Source of the DNA: Pseudomonadota bacterium
GTDB taxonomy: Bacteria; Pseudomonadota; Gammaproteobacteria; JAKAQQ01
DNA: 64,000 nucleotides
Direction of reading: 5' to 3'
NCBI GenBank assembly: GCA_027320085.1
Contig: DAHVLZ010000038.1
Span: forward strand, 1 to 64,000
In this document: one piece after another, positions 18,813-28,432 of the stretch
Layout of the letters: each line of letters begins with the position of its first letter
How positions within the stretch are numbered: position 1 is the first letter of the stretch
Notes under the pieces: model-generated
Told to the model about the DNA's origin: nothing
What the model saw: only the letters and a program-made list of their open reading frames with translations
The model's database searches: none
Made by a program: the position numbers and the translations under genes

Positions 18813-19718
18813 TCAGTGAGGGGTCGAGCCGGTCAAGGCTTGGGGGGAGAGTGTAATGATTCGTGTCTGTCCGTGCTGGTCAACGGTGAGTTGGATGGGT
18901 TGCTGGGAGTGACTCAAGCTTCTGATCAGGTTGAGGCTCTGGATTGGGCCGGTGAGGGTCTCCCCGTTAATCTGTTCAATAATATCGCCGGGCACCAAGC
19001 CCATCCTCATGAACAGACGGGAGTCCATGCCGGGAAAGACCCGGTAGCCGGCAAACTGCCCGTTCTTGAAAACGGCCATTGGATGAATGTATTGCATCAA
19101 CGCCGTCGGTTTGTGGGCAATCAGGCCGGGTAGCCCAGGCAATTGACGAGGCATCGCAGCGGATCCGAATCCTGCCACTGAAGGAGACTCATGGGTCGAA
19201 TCGAGCATTAATGACTGTAATTCGCCGCCCAAGTTCAGAATCACCTCCAAGGGTTGGATAGAGACGACTCGTGCACCTCCTGGCACCATTGAACCAGTGG
19301 TGAAAACCCGTTGCGGCGCACCTTGTTCGTGTCCCTCCGCGATGATAGCCCAGGAACTCTTCGGTTGGGGACTAATGGCAACACCCAAAAGTGTCAGTGC
19401 CAGATGCGTGGGACTGATTTGAGAGAGTGATCGGCCAGCCTCGGGCTGGCCGAACAGAGGTTGTGCGCTGGCTTCGCGGATCAGGACGGAAAGGGGAGGG
19501 CGGGGGGAGGTGGCGTGGAATGTAAGTGGAGTGAGGTCCGGGGAGGTGCTCAGGGCCCCGACAAGAGTCCAGGTGAGTTGTGCGGTCAACCAAGCGAGAG
19601 CACAAACTAGCAGTAACGTCATGATTCCCGGGGATTTAATCAGTACCCGGGGTGCCCATGACCGAAGTGGGGCAAGATGCACTCGTACTGAGTGGACAAC
19701 ATTCGAAGCAATATTCAT
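18813..19718 (-). CDS. gspC: Type II secretion protein C with PDZ domain
   Basis: One TM helix, LTLLGVA HR domain, GLVPGDIIEQING PDZ motif; upstream of gspD. Confidence 0.85.
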   Translation of the reverse strand: MNIASNVVHSVRVHLAPLRSWAPRVLIKSPGIMTLLLVCALAWLTAQLTWTLVGALSTSPDLTPLTFHATSPRPPLSVLIREASAQPLFGQPEAGRSLSQISPTHLALTLLGVAISPQPKSSWAIIAEGHEQGAPQRVFTTGSMVPGGARVVSIQPLEVILNLGGELQSLMLDSTHESPSVAGFGSAAMPRQLPGLPGLIAHKPTALMQYIHPMAVFKNGQFAGYRVFPGMDSRLFMRMGLVPGDIIEQINGETLTGPIQSLNLIRSLSHSQQPIQLTVDQHGQTRIITLSPQALTGSTPH

Positions 19719-20057
19719 GAAGAGCCAAAATCCTGCGGCTCGCCGGACCGAACCTCGTCTTATCGTATCGGGATCATGGCCAAATCACAAGTCACCGTCC
19801 AATTTCTTCATTTGAGGATGGGGCTAGAAAAACTGGGGCAGATGACCCGGAACTGGCCGGGAGCCAAGTGTGCGCGGTTTTGGGGAGACACGAACAGATG
19901 GGAGTCAGTCGAGGCCCATGTCTAGGTTTGGCCGTTTTTTTGCAGATCTAAAGATCTGAGAATGGTTCGGTGAGCGCCTAGAGTCGTTGTGTGATGGCGC
20001 ATAAGTCTGCTTGCACAGTCCGGCTTGAAACCCCTGCGTTTGGGTTACAATCGGGTC

Positions 20058-20372
20058 ATGAGTCAAGACCGATGGCCCGGCCAGCAACTGGCACCCGAAA
20101 CTTCACAACCCCAGGTGGAGCAACCTCGGATGTACCAGGTCATTCTGCTCAATGACCATTTCACCCCCATGAATTTTGTCGTTGAGGTCCTGGAAAAATT
20201 TTTCCATATGGAACGGATGCAAGCGACCCAGGTCATGTTGCATGTCCACACCCGGGGTCGGGCAATCTGCGGTGTTTTTCCGTATGAAATTGCGGAAACG
20301 AAGGTCATGCAAATACGGGATTATGCGCGCCAGCACGAGCATCCTCTGATGTGCACGCTGGAGGCGATTTAA
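20058..20372 (+). CDS. clpS: ATP-dependent Clp protease adaptor ClpS
   Basis: [34 protein letters not shown]. Confidence 0.95.
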   Translation: MSQDRWPGQQLAPETSQPQVEQPRMYQVILLNDHFTPMNFVVEVLEKFFHMERMQATQVMLHVHTRGRAICGVFPYEIAETKVMQIRDYARQHEHPLMCTLEAI

Positions 20373-22693
20373 TGCTCAGCCGGGAACTGGACCACTGTTT
20401 AAACCAGGCTTTCCGTCAAGCACGTGATCAGTGTCATGAGTTCATGACGGTCGAACACCTCCTTTTATCCCTTCTGGATTCAGGAAGTGTTCAGGCAATT
20501 CTCAAAGCTTGTGGCTCCAATGTAGAAGAGCTGAGAAGCGAGCTCGTTTCCTATCTCAACCACCATACCCCGATCCTCAAGAGCCCGGATGTTGAAATCC
20601 AGCCGACGTTGGGTTTTCAAAGGGTTTTGCAAAGAGCCATCCTGCAAGTGCAATCTTCGGGGCAAAAAGAGGTGACGCCCACCAACGTTCTGATTTCTCT
20701 GTTTGGGGAGCGGGAAACCCAGGCAATCTACATTCTCAATCGGCAGGGGGTAACCCGACTCGATGTGATCAACTTTGTTTCACATGGAATCTCCAAGGTG
20801 CGAGACGAGGAATCCGCTGATGAACGGGAAGCGATATCGGATGTCGAAACGGACCGGCCGGTTCCGGCCCATCCAAATGAGAAAGGTTTGCTGGATCAGT
20901 TCGCCATTGACCTGAATCGTTTGGCACGTGAGGGGAAGATTGACCCGCTGGTTGGCCGATCGAACGAGATCGAAAGAACGATCCAGATCCTGTGCCGGCG
21001 ACGAAAAAATAACCCCCTTTTTGTGGGGGAAGCGGGCGTGGGAAAGACCGCCTTGGCCGAGGGCTTGGCTCGTTTGATCGTTGAAGGCCGCGTCCCCCCA
21101 GTTCTGGCGGAGGCCAACCTGTATGCCTTGGACCTGGGAACCTTGATTGCGGGTACCAAGTACCGGGGTGATTTTGAGAAACGGCTTAAAGGTGTTCTCA
21201 ACGAATTGAAGCGCCGGACAGGATCCATTCTTTTCATTGATGAGATCCACACAGTGATTGGGGCAGGTGCGGCATCGGGCGGTGTACTTGATGCATCCAA
21301 CCTGATCAAGCCAATTCTGGTTTCGGGGGAAATTCGCTGTATCGGCTCGACGACCTACCAGGAATATCGCTCCATTTTCGAAAAGGATCTGGCGTTAGCG
21401 CGTCGATTCCAGAAGATTGATATTGCCGAACCCTCAGCCCAGGAGACAGTGGCGATTCTGAAAGGATTGAGGGACCGTTTTGAGGAACATCACCAAGTCC
21501 GATATTCCAATCGGACCTTGGAAAAAATGGTCGAACTTTCATCACGCTATTTGACTGATCGTCATTTCCCCGATAAAGCAATTGATGTCATGGACGAAGT
21601 GGGGGCTCGCCTGCAGCTCAGGAACTCAACGAAAAAAAGGAGATTGGTGACCCTCCATGACGTTGAGGAAGTGATCGCCAAAATGGCTCGCGTTCCGACT
21701 CAAAGTGTGTCTTCATCTGACCGACGGCTTCTGGAAACCCTGGAACGGGATATCAAGCTGGCGATTTTTGGACAAGATCAAGCAGTGGACCGACTGGTTG
21801 CTGCCATCAAGATGGCACGTTCCGGGTTGCGTGAGCAGCAAAAGCCTATTGGCAGTTTTCTCTTGGCTGGACCCACCGGCGTCGGAAAAACCGAGGTGAC
21901 CCGGCATTTGGCACGCCTTCTCCACCTTGAATGTATCCGTTTTGATATGTCTGAATATATGGAGCGACATACCGTATCACGTCTGATCGGGGCGCCCCCC
22001 GGATATGTGGGATACGATCAGGGGGGGTTGTTGACGGAGCAAATCGTCAAACATCCTCATTCCGTGGTTTTGCTGGATGAAATTGAAAAGGCCCACCCGG
22101 ATGTTTTTAATTTGCTGCTTCAGGTCATGGATCATGGAACCTTGACGGATAACAACGGTCGACGGGCTGATTTTCGTAATGTCATTCTTGTCATGACTAG
22201 CAACTGTGGGGCGTTTGAACTCGAAAAACGGGGCATCGGTTTTACGGCTGAACCCTCCCCAGATGATTCCATGGAGAGCATTCGGAAGATCTTTAGTCCA
22301 GAGTTTCGGAACCGGCTGGATGACATTATTATTTTTAATGCCTTGTCGCCCGATGTTGTCTCTCGTGTGGTAGACAAATTTATTCTGGAGCTGGAGGTTC
22401 AGTTGGAAGGTAAAGGAGTCACACTGGATGTCGACCCTGATGCCCGTTCCTGGATTGCGAAAGCGGGATACAATCGGCAAATGGGAGCACGCCCGATGGC
22501 CCGCGTTATCCAGGAACAACTCAAACAGCCGTTGGCCGAGGAATTGCTTTTTGGACGTCTGCAGGAAGGAGGGCATGTGAGGGTCCAGGTTGCGAATGAA
22601 AAGCTGGATGTCGTGATCCAGTCGATGGATCGCGATGATCTATCACTCCTGGAAACGCTGGATGGTACGCAATCCCAGAACCGATCTTCCTGA
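20372..22693 (+). CDS. clpA: ATP-dependent Clp protease ATP-binding subunit ClpA
   Basis: Two AAA+ modules ([16 protein letters not shown]), PTLGFQRVLQRA; TAATG overlap with clpS. Confidence 0.97.
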   Translation: MLSRELDHCLNQAFRQARDQCHEFMTVEHLLLSLLDSGSVQAILKACGSNVEELRSELVSYLNHHTPILKSPDVEIQPTLGFQRVLQRAILQVQSSGQKEVTPTNVLISLFGERETQAIYILNRQGVTRLDVINFVSHGISKVRDEESADEREAISDVETDRPVPAHPNEKGLLDQFAIDLNRLAREGKIDPLVGRSNEIERTIQILCRRRKNNPLFVGEAGVGKTALAEGLARLIVEGRVPPVLAEANLYALDLGTLIAGTKYRGDFEKRLKGVLNELKRRTGSILFIDEIHTVIGAGAASGGVLDASNLIKPILVSGEIRCIGSTTYQEYRSIFEKDLALARRFQKIDIAEPSAQETVAILKGLRDRFEEHHQVRYSNRTLEKMVELSSRYLTDRHFPDKAIDVMDEVGARLQLRNSTKKRRLVTLHDVEEVIAKMARVPTQSVSSSDRRLLETLERDIKLAIFGQDQAVDRLVAAIKMARSGLREQQKPIGSFLLAGPTGVGKTEVTRHLARLLHLECIRFDMSEYMERHTVSRLIGAPPGYVGYDQGGLLTEQIVKHPHSVVLLDEIEKAHPDVFNLLLQVMDHGTLTDNNGRRADFRNVILVMTSNCGAFELEKRGIGFTAEPSPDDSMESIRKIFSPEFRNRLDDIIIFNALSPDVVSRVVDKFILELEVQLEGKGVTLDVDPDARSWIAKAGYNRQMGARPMARVIQEQLKQPLAEELLFGRLQEGGHVRVQVANEKLDVVIQSMDRDDLSLLETLDGTQSQNRSS

Positions 22694-22775
22694 GTGATCC
22701 GTCAGTGATCCAATCCGGGTCGGGAATCAGCCGGCCAACTTTCCCCCATAGGAGTGACCGAGAAAAGGTTTGCGC

Positions 22776-23609
22776 ATGAGGAGCGTGATTTTTGTATCGG
22801 ATGGGACGGGTGTGACCGCGCAGACCCTGGGACAAACCCTGTTGACCCAGTTTGCCGGCTCGGTCGGAAAGGATGGTGTTATTTTCCCTTTTGTGGATGA
22901 CCGTGAAAAGGCGGAGCGCGTCCGCCTTGAGATCAATCGGATTGCTGTTCATGACGGGGAAAGACCGCTTGTCTTCAGTACCTTGGTTGATGAACACTTG
23001 AAAGCGGTGATTCACGCGTCGAATTCATGTTTTTTAGATTTGCTGGGGAATTTTTTGGCCATTCTGGAGAAGGAGCTTGGTTCTCCCGCAAAGCATGTCC
23101 GCGGGCTTGCTCACGGTGCCTCTGACTACGACCGCTATATGAACCGGATCAACGCAATGAATTTTGCCCTGCAGCATGATGATGGGTTGTCAGTGAACGG
23201 GTATGGGCGTGCAGATCTGATCTTGATCGGAGTATCGCGCGTGGGGAAAACCCCAACCTCACTCTATTTGGCACTCCAGCATGGTATCTATGTCGCCAAC
23301 TACCCCTTGAGCCTAGAAGAAATCGAGGCCCAACGGTTGCCTGTGGTTTTGCGTCATCATCGCTCCAAGCTTTATGGCTTGACGATTGAGCCGGGTCACT
23401 TGGGCAGGATCCGCGAAATCAGGAAGCCAGGGAGCATGTATTCTTCCCGGGCGCAGGTGAGGGCCGAGCTCAGTGGTGCAGAATCGCTCATGCAACGAGA
23501 GCATATTTCTTGTCTTGATGTTACCCAACATTCGGTTGAAGAAATCGCTGCAACCCTGCTTCAGGGTATTTCGATTGCACCACAAGCCTCTCGTTGGGTC
23601 CAGGAATGA
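22776..23609 (+). CDS. ppsR: PEP synthase regulatory kinase/pyrophosphorylase (DUF299)
   Basis: FVSDGTGVTA, HDDG, GVSRVGKTPTSLYLA, SVEEIA. Confidence 0.92.
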   Translation: MRSVIFVSDGTGVTAQTLGQTLLTQFAGSVGKDGVIFPFVDDREKAERVRLEINRIAVHDGERPLVFSTLVDEHLKAVIHASNSCFLDLLGNFLAILEKELGSPAKHVRGLAHGASDYDRYMNRINAMNFALQHDDGLSVNGYGRADLILIGVSRVGKTPTSLYLALQHGIYVANYPLSLEEIEAQRLPVVLRHHRSKLYGLTIEPGHLGRIREIRKPGSMYSSRAQVRAELSGAESLMQREHISCLDVTQHSVEEIAATLLQGISIAPQASRWVQE

Positions 23610-24079
23610 TGTCCGCTTTAGCCCGGGCGGCAGGCCCTGATACCGATTCGTCAGCTAAGTTGGTGATTTTTTCGCGGCTCTGGGACCGCTATGCGCTGGC
23701 CCGGCTGATAGCACTTTACGAGGAAAATTATCGACTCTGTATGGATCTGTTGGATGTTGCACGCGCAGGTTCGAATGGCTGGTGCCTGACAGCCGACTCA
23801 GCGCTACCGCCTCTCTCCATCGCTATTCTTGACCGCGCGCCCTATACGTTGACCCTTCAAATGGAGTTTGAGAAGGGTGGGCCAGAGCTTGTGGTTTCCT
23901 GTCGTCTCTACTTGGATCTCAAGGTCTGTGATGCTTTGTTTTTCATGGATCGGAGACAGGTGGAGGGTACTGCCCAAGGGCAGGAACGGGGTTTGCAGAA
24001 CCAATGGGCCGATGGTCTTCGTTTCCAGAAGTGGCTTTATTACCTTAAGGATCAAGGATATGCCAGACAACGGCTATGA
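23606..24079 (+). CDS. DUF1249 (YqiB-like) family protein
   Basis: LYEENY, RAPYT, RLYLD, WLYYL..QGY pattern. Confidence 0.65.
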   Translation: MMSALARAAGPDTDSSAKLVIFSRLWDRYALARLIALYEENYRLCMDLLDVARAGSNGWCLTADSALPPLSIAILDRAPYTLTLQMEFEKGGPELVVSCRLYLDLKVCDALFFMDRRQVEGTAQGQERGLQNQWADGLRFQKWLYYLKDQGYARQRL

Positions 24080-24102
24080 TCTTCGAGACAAGTTTTCCCC
24101 TG

Positions 24103-24480
24103 TTATTCTTGATATTTCAGTGGCCCTCTCAACCCGCTGAAGTGGGTGAGCTTCCAGCCAGGACTCGCGGGTTGTGGGCGGTTCCCGGAGCGAACCCGCA
24201 ACGGGACTGCCCGCTGCGGTGCTTGATTCCGCGATTCAGCCAGACAACTTCCGCCATTGACTGGCGGAAGGCCCGTGCCCGGGCGACTACCACGCCGGAG
24301 ATTCCCCGGGCGCAGATACGTGATGCGGTTCGGAAACGGCACCACTTGACCCAACGCCAGCGGGTGCATGTTGACCCCGCCGACCACATCCCGGTGGCCC
24401 TGGAAGCCACATTCCGGGCACCGCCAGTTCCGCCCTTTGGGCTTGTGGCCCGGCACGCGTTCCATCACGGACATCCTAAC
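24103..24480 (-). pseudogene. tnpB: TnpB C-terminal remnant (zinc ribbon and RuvC III region)
   Basis: HKPKGRNWRCPECGFQGHRDVVGGVNM; the N-terminal part of the protein is missing. Confidence 0.85.
24120..24300 (-). ncRNA. Putative TnpB omega-RNA (reRNA) scaffold
   Basis: Hairpin-rich region overlapping the tnpB 3' end and ending in right-end-like GAAGCTCACCCACTTCAGCGGGTTGAGAGGGCCAC; boundaries approximate. Confidence 0.5.
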
Positions 24481-24485
24481 CGCAT

Positions 24486-24777
24486 GTGAATACTCTGCGA
24501 ACGGGAAAAACCCGGTGGACACACGATCAGATCGCCTATCACTTCGTGTGGATGCCGAAGTATCGGCGCTAGATCCTGGCTGGAGAGGGGGAGACCGCCT
24601 GCAAGGCACTCATCGCCGAATGTTGCGACCCGCACGGCTTCCGGTTGCTGGCCCGGGAGATGGCTATCGACCCTGTGCATGGTTTCGTGTCAGCCCCGCC
24701 CCGACGACGTGGGAACGGCGGTCGCGGGATCCGCAGAGGTCATCCGTCGCCATGTCCAGGAATGCCGGGGGAAATAG
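24486..24777 (+). pseudogene. tnpA: IS200-type Y1 transposase TnpA pseudogene
   Basis: AYHFVWMPKYRR*IL (TAG at 24570-24572), DPVHGFVSAPP (broken HUH), then after a deletion/frameshift VGTA..SAEVIRRHVQECRGK* (catalytic Tyr position is His). Confidence 0.88.
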
Positions 24778-24897
24778 CCCCCGGGCGGCGGCGCTTTCAT
24801 CCCATCCCCTGAATAAGCATGGGTATTCTCGCGCCTTTCTATAAAAATAATGGCGTGTTAACATAACTCCGACTTGGTTTTCATACCATAGACTCTC

Positions 24898-25962
24898 ATG
24901 GCGAAATCAAGGGATACTGAACTGTCTTCCGGTATTCATCAAATTCCCATGCAGGCCCCAGCTGACTCGATGGGCGGAACGCTACCTTTGCTACAAAGGT
25001 ACGAATCAGTCCGGAGTGAATTGGAAAAGGTCGTAGCCGAGCGGGAGACTCTGCGCCATGAGATTGCTCATCTCAAGGAAGAAATGTCCAAAAATGCGGT
25101 TCCCCTCGTCGAGTTGGAAACCGAGCTGACTCATCCTGACCGCGGCTACAACATTGTGGTCTATTACCGACTGCGGGCAGTCTGGGGCCTTTGTAACCAA
25201 AAGCTCATGACACTACAAAAGGATTTGTATAAGAAACTGGAGGTAGCAGACCGCGAAAATTACAAGCGCCAAGTCCAAGCCACCTGGACCGCTAAACGGG
25301 GAGCTCTTGCTTTACGGAAGACCCAGGTCGAGAAAGAAAGGCGGTCCGTCCTGCAGTCGGTGAGCCGGCTGGAACGGATGCTTCGCCCTGGCAGCATTCT
25401 CTGGCGGAAAGCAAACCAGAACCTTGAACAGAACATTCTGGCCGAAAAGACGAAGTTACGGTTGCTGGAGCGTGAAATCGAATCCCTGGATCGCGAGTTG
25501 GCTACGGATGCACCCGATCATCTCGAGGAGTCGCCCGAGCTGAGTCTCAACCTGCGGCGTGAGATTAATTGCGCGGTGGTCGCCTTGGCACAGCATCTCT
25601 ACATCCTTTTTAATGAAGACAATATCTGTGATCTGGCATTGCTTGCCAACCAAAAAAACTTGCGAACGCTTTCTTTTGGGTCATTAATCGAATGTCAGAA
25701 CATCGACCGCAAAATTCGTGAGCGCCTGATCCATTTCCGGAACCAGAGCTTGAGCATTGAAGACCTGAAAAAAAGGACACTCTGGCTTAAGCGCAAACTG
25801 GTTTTTTCAGGCCAGACAGCATTACCCAACCCCGATTGCCTGAATTTCATCGATACGATTTTCGATGAAGCGGATATCGCCGCCCAGCCCTTCTACCAGC
25901 CTATTCCAGTCAATGTCTTAGCACTCAACTTCTGGAACATACGCGATATCCTTTGTCACTAA
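24898..25962 (+). CDS. Hypothetical coiled-coil protein
   Basis: 354-aa ORF with heptad-like charged helical stretches; no recognised catalytic motif. Confidence 0.75.
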   Translation: MAKSRDTELSSGIHQIPMQAPADSMGGTLPLLQRYESVRSELEKVVAERETLRHEIAHLKEEMSKNAVPLVELETELTHPDRGYNIVVYYRLRAVWGLCNQKLMTLQKDLYKKLEVADRENYKRQVQATWTAKRGALALRKTQVEKERRSVLQSVSRLERMLRPGSILWRKANQNLEQNILAEKTKLRLLEREIESLDRELATDAPDHLEESPELSLNLRREINCAVVALAQHLYILFNEDNICDLALLANQKNLRTLSFGSLIECQNIDRKIRERLIHFRNQSLSIEDLKKRTLWLKRKLVFSGQTALPNPDCLNFIDTIFDEADIAAQPFYQPIPVNVLALNFWNIRDILCH

Positions 25963-25968
25963 GCCCCC

Positions 25969-28146
25969 TCAGGGGTGTGGCGGGGCTTTGGAGTGGGAGC
26001 CCGGCTGACTGGGCTTTTGTGTAGGATTTAAATGCATCCGGTACATCTGAGCGGCGAGATAGACTGCGGCTTTCAACGACATGTCCGGGATGTGAAAATT
26101 CTTGAGTTTTCTGATTGCGGACAGGTCGGATACCGTGGGCCGATGTTTAAGATGCAGCCAGGCATTGTCTAGATTGAGTTTTTCCTGGTCCTGTTGTTCG
26201 CGGATCTCATGCCTTTGCTGGAGAGAAAGTGGCACGGAGGTAAGGCGCTCGTTGTTGAGCATGTAACGTATCCCTCTCACAAATAGCTGATACTGGGGGT
26301 TGCTCAAGGACCAGCGCTGAAAGTCGAGTTTCAAAGCCGGAACCTTCTGATCCAGGCCGAAATGGAAAGCATGAAACTTTGTGCCCTGAATATGAGTCCA
26401 CGGCAGTGCATGTGGGGATAACTCTTCTCCAAAAATCCGATCACTCAGAACCGAGGGCAGCTGAATTTGCGGAAGAACCCCACGGTCCTGTGTGCTGTCA
26501 CCGGTCACACGGTAAAACTTGGCAATGGTGAGCTTCAGCTCACCCGCGTGGAAGCCGGGCAAGTAATGGCCCAATGGGAGCAGGGTTTGCACGGTGGCCT
26601 TTCCATAGGTCCTCGATCCCACAATCAAGGCCCGATGGTAGTCTTTGAGTGCGGCAGTAAAAATTTCAGAAGCGGAGGCACTGAGCCGGTTAACCATGAC
26701 GATCAGGGGGCCCCGGTAGAATATGGGAGACCGGGGAGCCTGAAGGACCGAGATTCCTTGGGCTGACTCGATCTGGACGACTGGGCCATGCCCAATGAAG
26801 AGTCCGGTGGTTTTGAGCGCCTCGGCCAGTGACCCACCTCCGTTGTTTCGCAAGTCGATGACGAGTGCTGAGATGTGTTCCCCGGTGAGCTGCCGGATCA
26901 GCTTCTTCATGTCATGGCTAGTGCTTCGGTAGTGTTTAAGCCCATCTTGCTTGGCCTGGAAATTGAGATAGAAGGCCGGCAGGGTGATGACACCAATGCG
27001 GTAGAGATGGTGGTCGATTCTGACGGGAAGCACCTTGCCTTTGGCGGCCTGACCCTTGAGTTGAATGGTGGCACGCACCAGGGTCACGAGTTCGCCCGGT
27101 GAACCAGGTGTTTCACCGGCTGGAAGGATTTTAAGCCGTACAGTGGATCCTTTGGGCCCACGAATTTTTTCAACAATGTCTTGCAAACGCCAACCGATGA
27201 CGTTAACCATCGGCCCGGTCACTCCCTGTCCCACAGCCGTAATCCGATCGCCTGGATGAAGTTTCTTGCTGGCCAGCGCTGGCCCGCCGGGTAACAGGCG
27301 AACAATTGTGGCGTAGCCATCGTGGAGACTCAGCTGGGCGCCAATCCCCTCCAGCTGCAAGCTCATGGCAATTTGAAATTGCTGGGATGCAAGCGGCGAG
27401 AAATAGGAGGTATGGGGATCCAGTGACTTGGCAAATGCCGTCATCAGGATGTCAAAGACTCGATGGTTGGAGAGTGTGGCGATTCGGTCTAAGGCGGTTT
27501 TGTAGCGCTGAACCAAGAGTTTTTTTGCCTCAGGCAATGTTTTCTTGTCAAGAAGCAGTGTGATGAGGTCACTTTTGATCCGTTCTCGCCACACTTGGTT
27601 CAGTGCGGAATGATTTTCGACCCACGGGAGCTTGTCTCGCACATAAACGAAAGTTCCAGGTGTCATAAAATGGAAAGGAACCTTGATTGTCTGGTAAACG
27701 AACTGAAGACGCTCCCTCACTCTTTTCTCGAACTGATGCGCGATGGTGAATGCGGGCCGGAGATTTCCCTGTGCAAGGTCGTGCATGAAATGCGGGCCAT
27801 CGATCTTGTTGATCTGGTCGACGGTGCCTATAGTCCAAAAATATCTTTCTGGATCAAGATCCTTTAAGTATTGGTCAAGAATGGTTTCCCCCAGGTGCCG
27901 TGTCATGGCAACGGGTGGATAATGGTTATGTTTGATTTCGGCATAGACCAGCCGGTCGATGAGCACTTGAGAGGGGCGTGGTCGCAGTACGGATCGATGG
28001 GGATGCGCTTTTGCTTTTGATGGCTGGGCGATTGACGAGAGGGGGGCCGCATTTGCAAGTTGAACGCTTCCAATGAACAGCAGAAGGCAGAAGAATAGTA
28101 AAGTCAATCGGTATAGAAAATTTCGCATATTACGCATCAGAAACAT
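25969..28146 (-). CDS. prc: Carboxy-terminal processing (tail-specific) protease, S41 family
   Basis: Signal peptide, LDPHTSY, EGIGAQL PDZ, DLRNNGGGSL, SASASEI, TYGKATVQ; start uncertain (28128-28146). Confidence 0.93.
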   Translation of the reverse strand: MFLMRNMRNFLYRLTLLFFCLLLFIGSVQLANAAPLSSIAQPSKAKAHPHRSVLRPRPSQVLIDRLVYAEIKHNHYPPVAMTRHLGETILDQYLKDLDPERYFWTIGTVDQINKIDGPHFMHDLAQGNLRPAFTIAHQFEKRVRERLQFVYQTIKVPFHFMTPGTFVYVRDKLPWVENHSALNQVWRERIKSDLITLLLDKKTLPEAKKLLVQRYKTALDRIATLSNHRVFDILMTAFAKSLDPHTSYFSPLASQQFQIAMSLQLEGIGAQLSLHDGYATIVRLLPGGPALASKKLHPGDRITAVGQGVTGPMVNVIGWRLQDIVEKIRGPKGSTVRLKILPAGETPGSPGELVTLVRATIQLKGQAAKGKVLPVRIDHHLYRIGVITLPAFYLNFQAKQDGLKHYRSTSHDMKKLIRQLTGEHISALVIDLRNNGGGSLAEALKTTGLFIGHGPVVQIESAQGISVLQAPRSPIFYRGPLIVMVNRLSASASEIFTAALKDYHRALIVGSRTYGKATVQTLLPLGHYLPGFHAGELKLTIAKFYRVTGDSTQDRGVLPQIQLPSVLSDRIFGEELSPHALPWTHIQGTKFHAFHFGLDQKVPALKLDFQRWSLSNPQYQLFVRGIRYMLNNERLTSVPLSLQQRHEIREQQDQEKLNLDNAWLHLKHRPTVSDLSAIRKLKNFHIPDMSLKAAVYLAAQMYRMHLNPTQKPSQPGSHSKAPPHP

Positions 28147-28432
28147 CGTCAAAGTTGAAGATATGGAGTGGAGATGGAGTGGAAGCGGTATCCAAACTGG
28201 CGCAGTATCTTGATTAAGTTGTCGTTCTCTCAGATACACCCCAAGTTTGGTTGAGAGCCCCAGTCTGACATGCCTTCATAGCCATGAACATTCATCCTAC
28301 CATTTTTCCACCGGGTTGTTTGTTTGATGGGGTCTGTCTGTATCCCGAATGGCCTCTTCTGTGCTGAAGCGCGTGCTATGCCAGAATAATCAGCGAATTT
28401 CAAACCCAGACTGGGGATGAGGCCCACGCCCG

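Larger units (their letters stand above)
24120..24840 (-). mobile_element. Internally deleted IS200/IS605 element (divergent tnpA/tnpB relics, both ends retained)
   Basis: tnpA and tnpB fragments, hairpin-bearing ends, flanking TTTAT (minus strand) at 24841-24845. Confidence 0.85.

Noticed and set aside
11064-19718. Idea that the T2SS secretes the neighbouring glucoamylase
   Set aside because: The GH15 protein has no visible Sec or Tat signal and heads a cytoplasmic sugar operon with its own -10 element.
24076-24864. Several intact-looking ORFs of 66-168 aa
   Set aside because: Alternative frames over the tnpA/tnpB relics.
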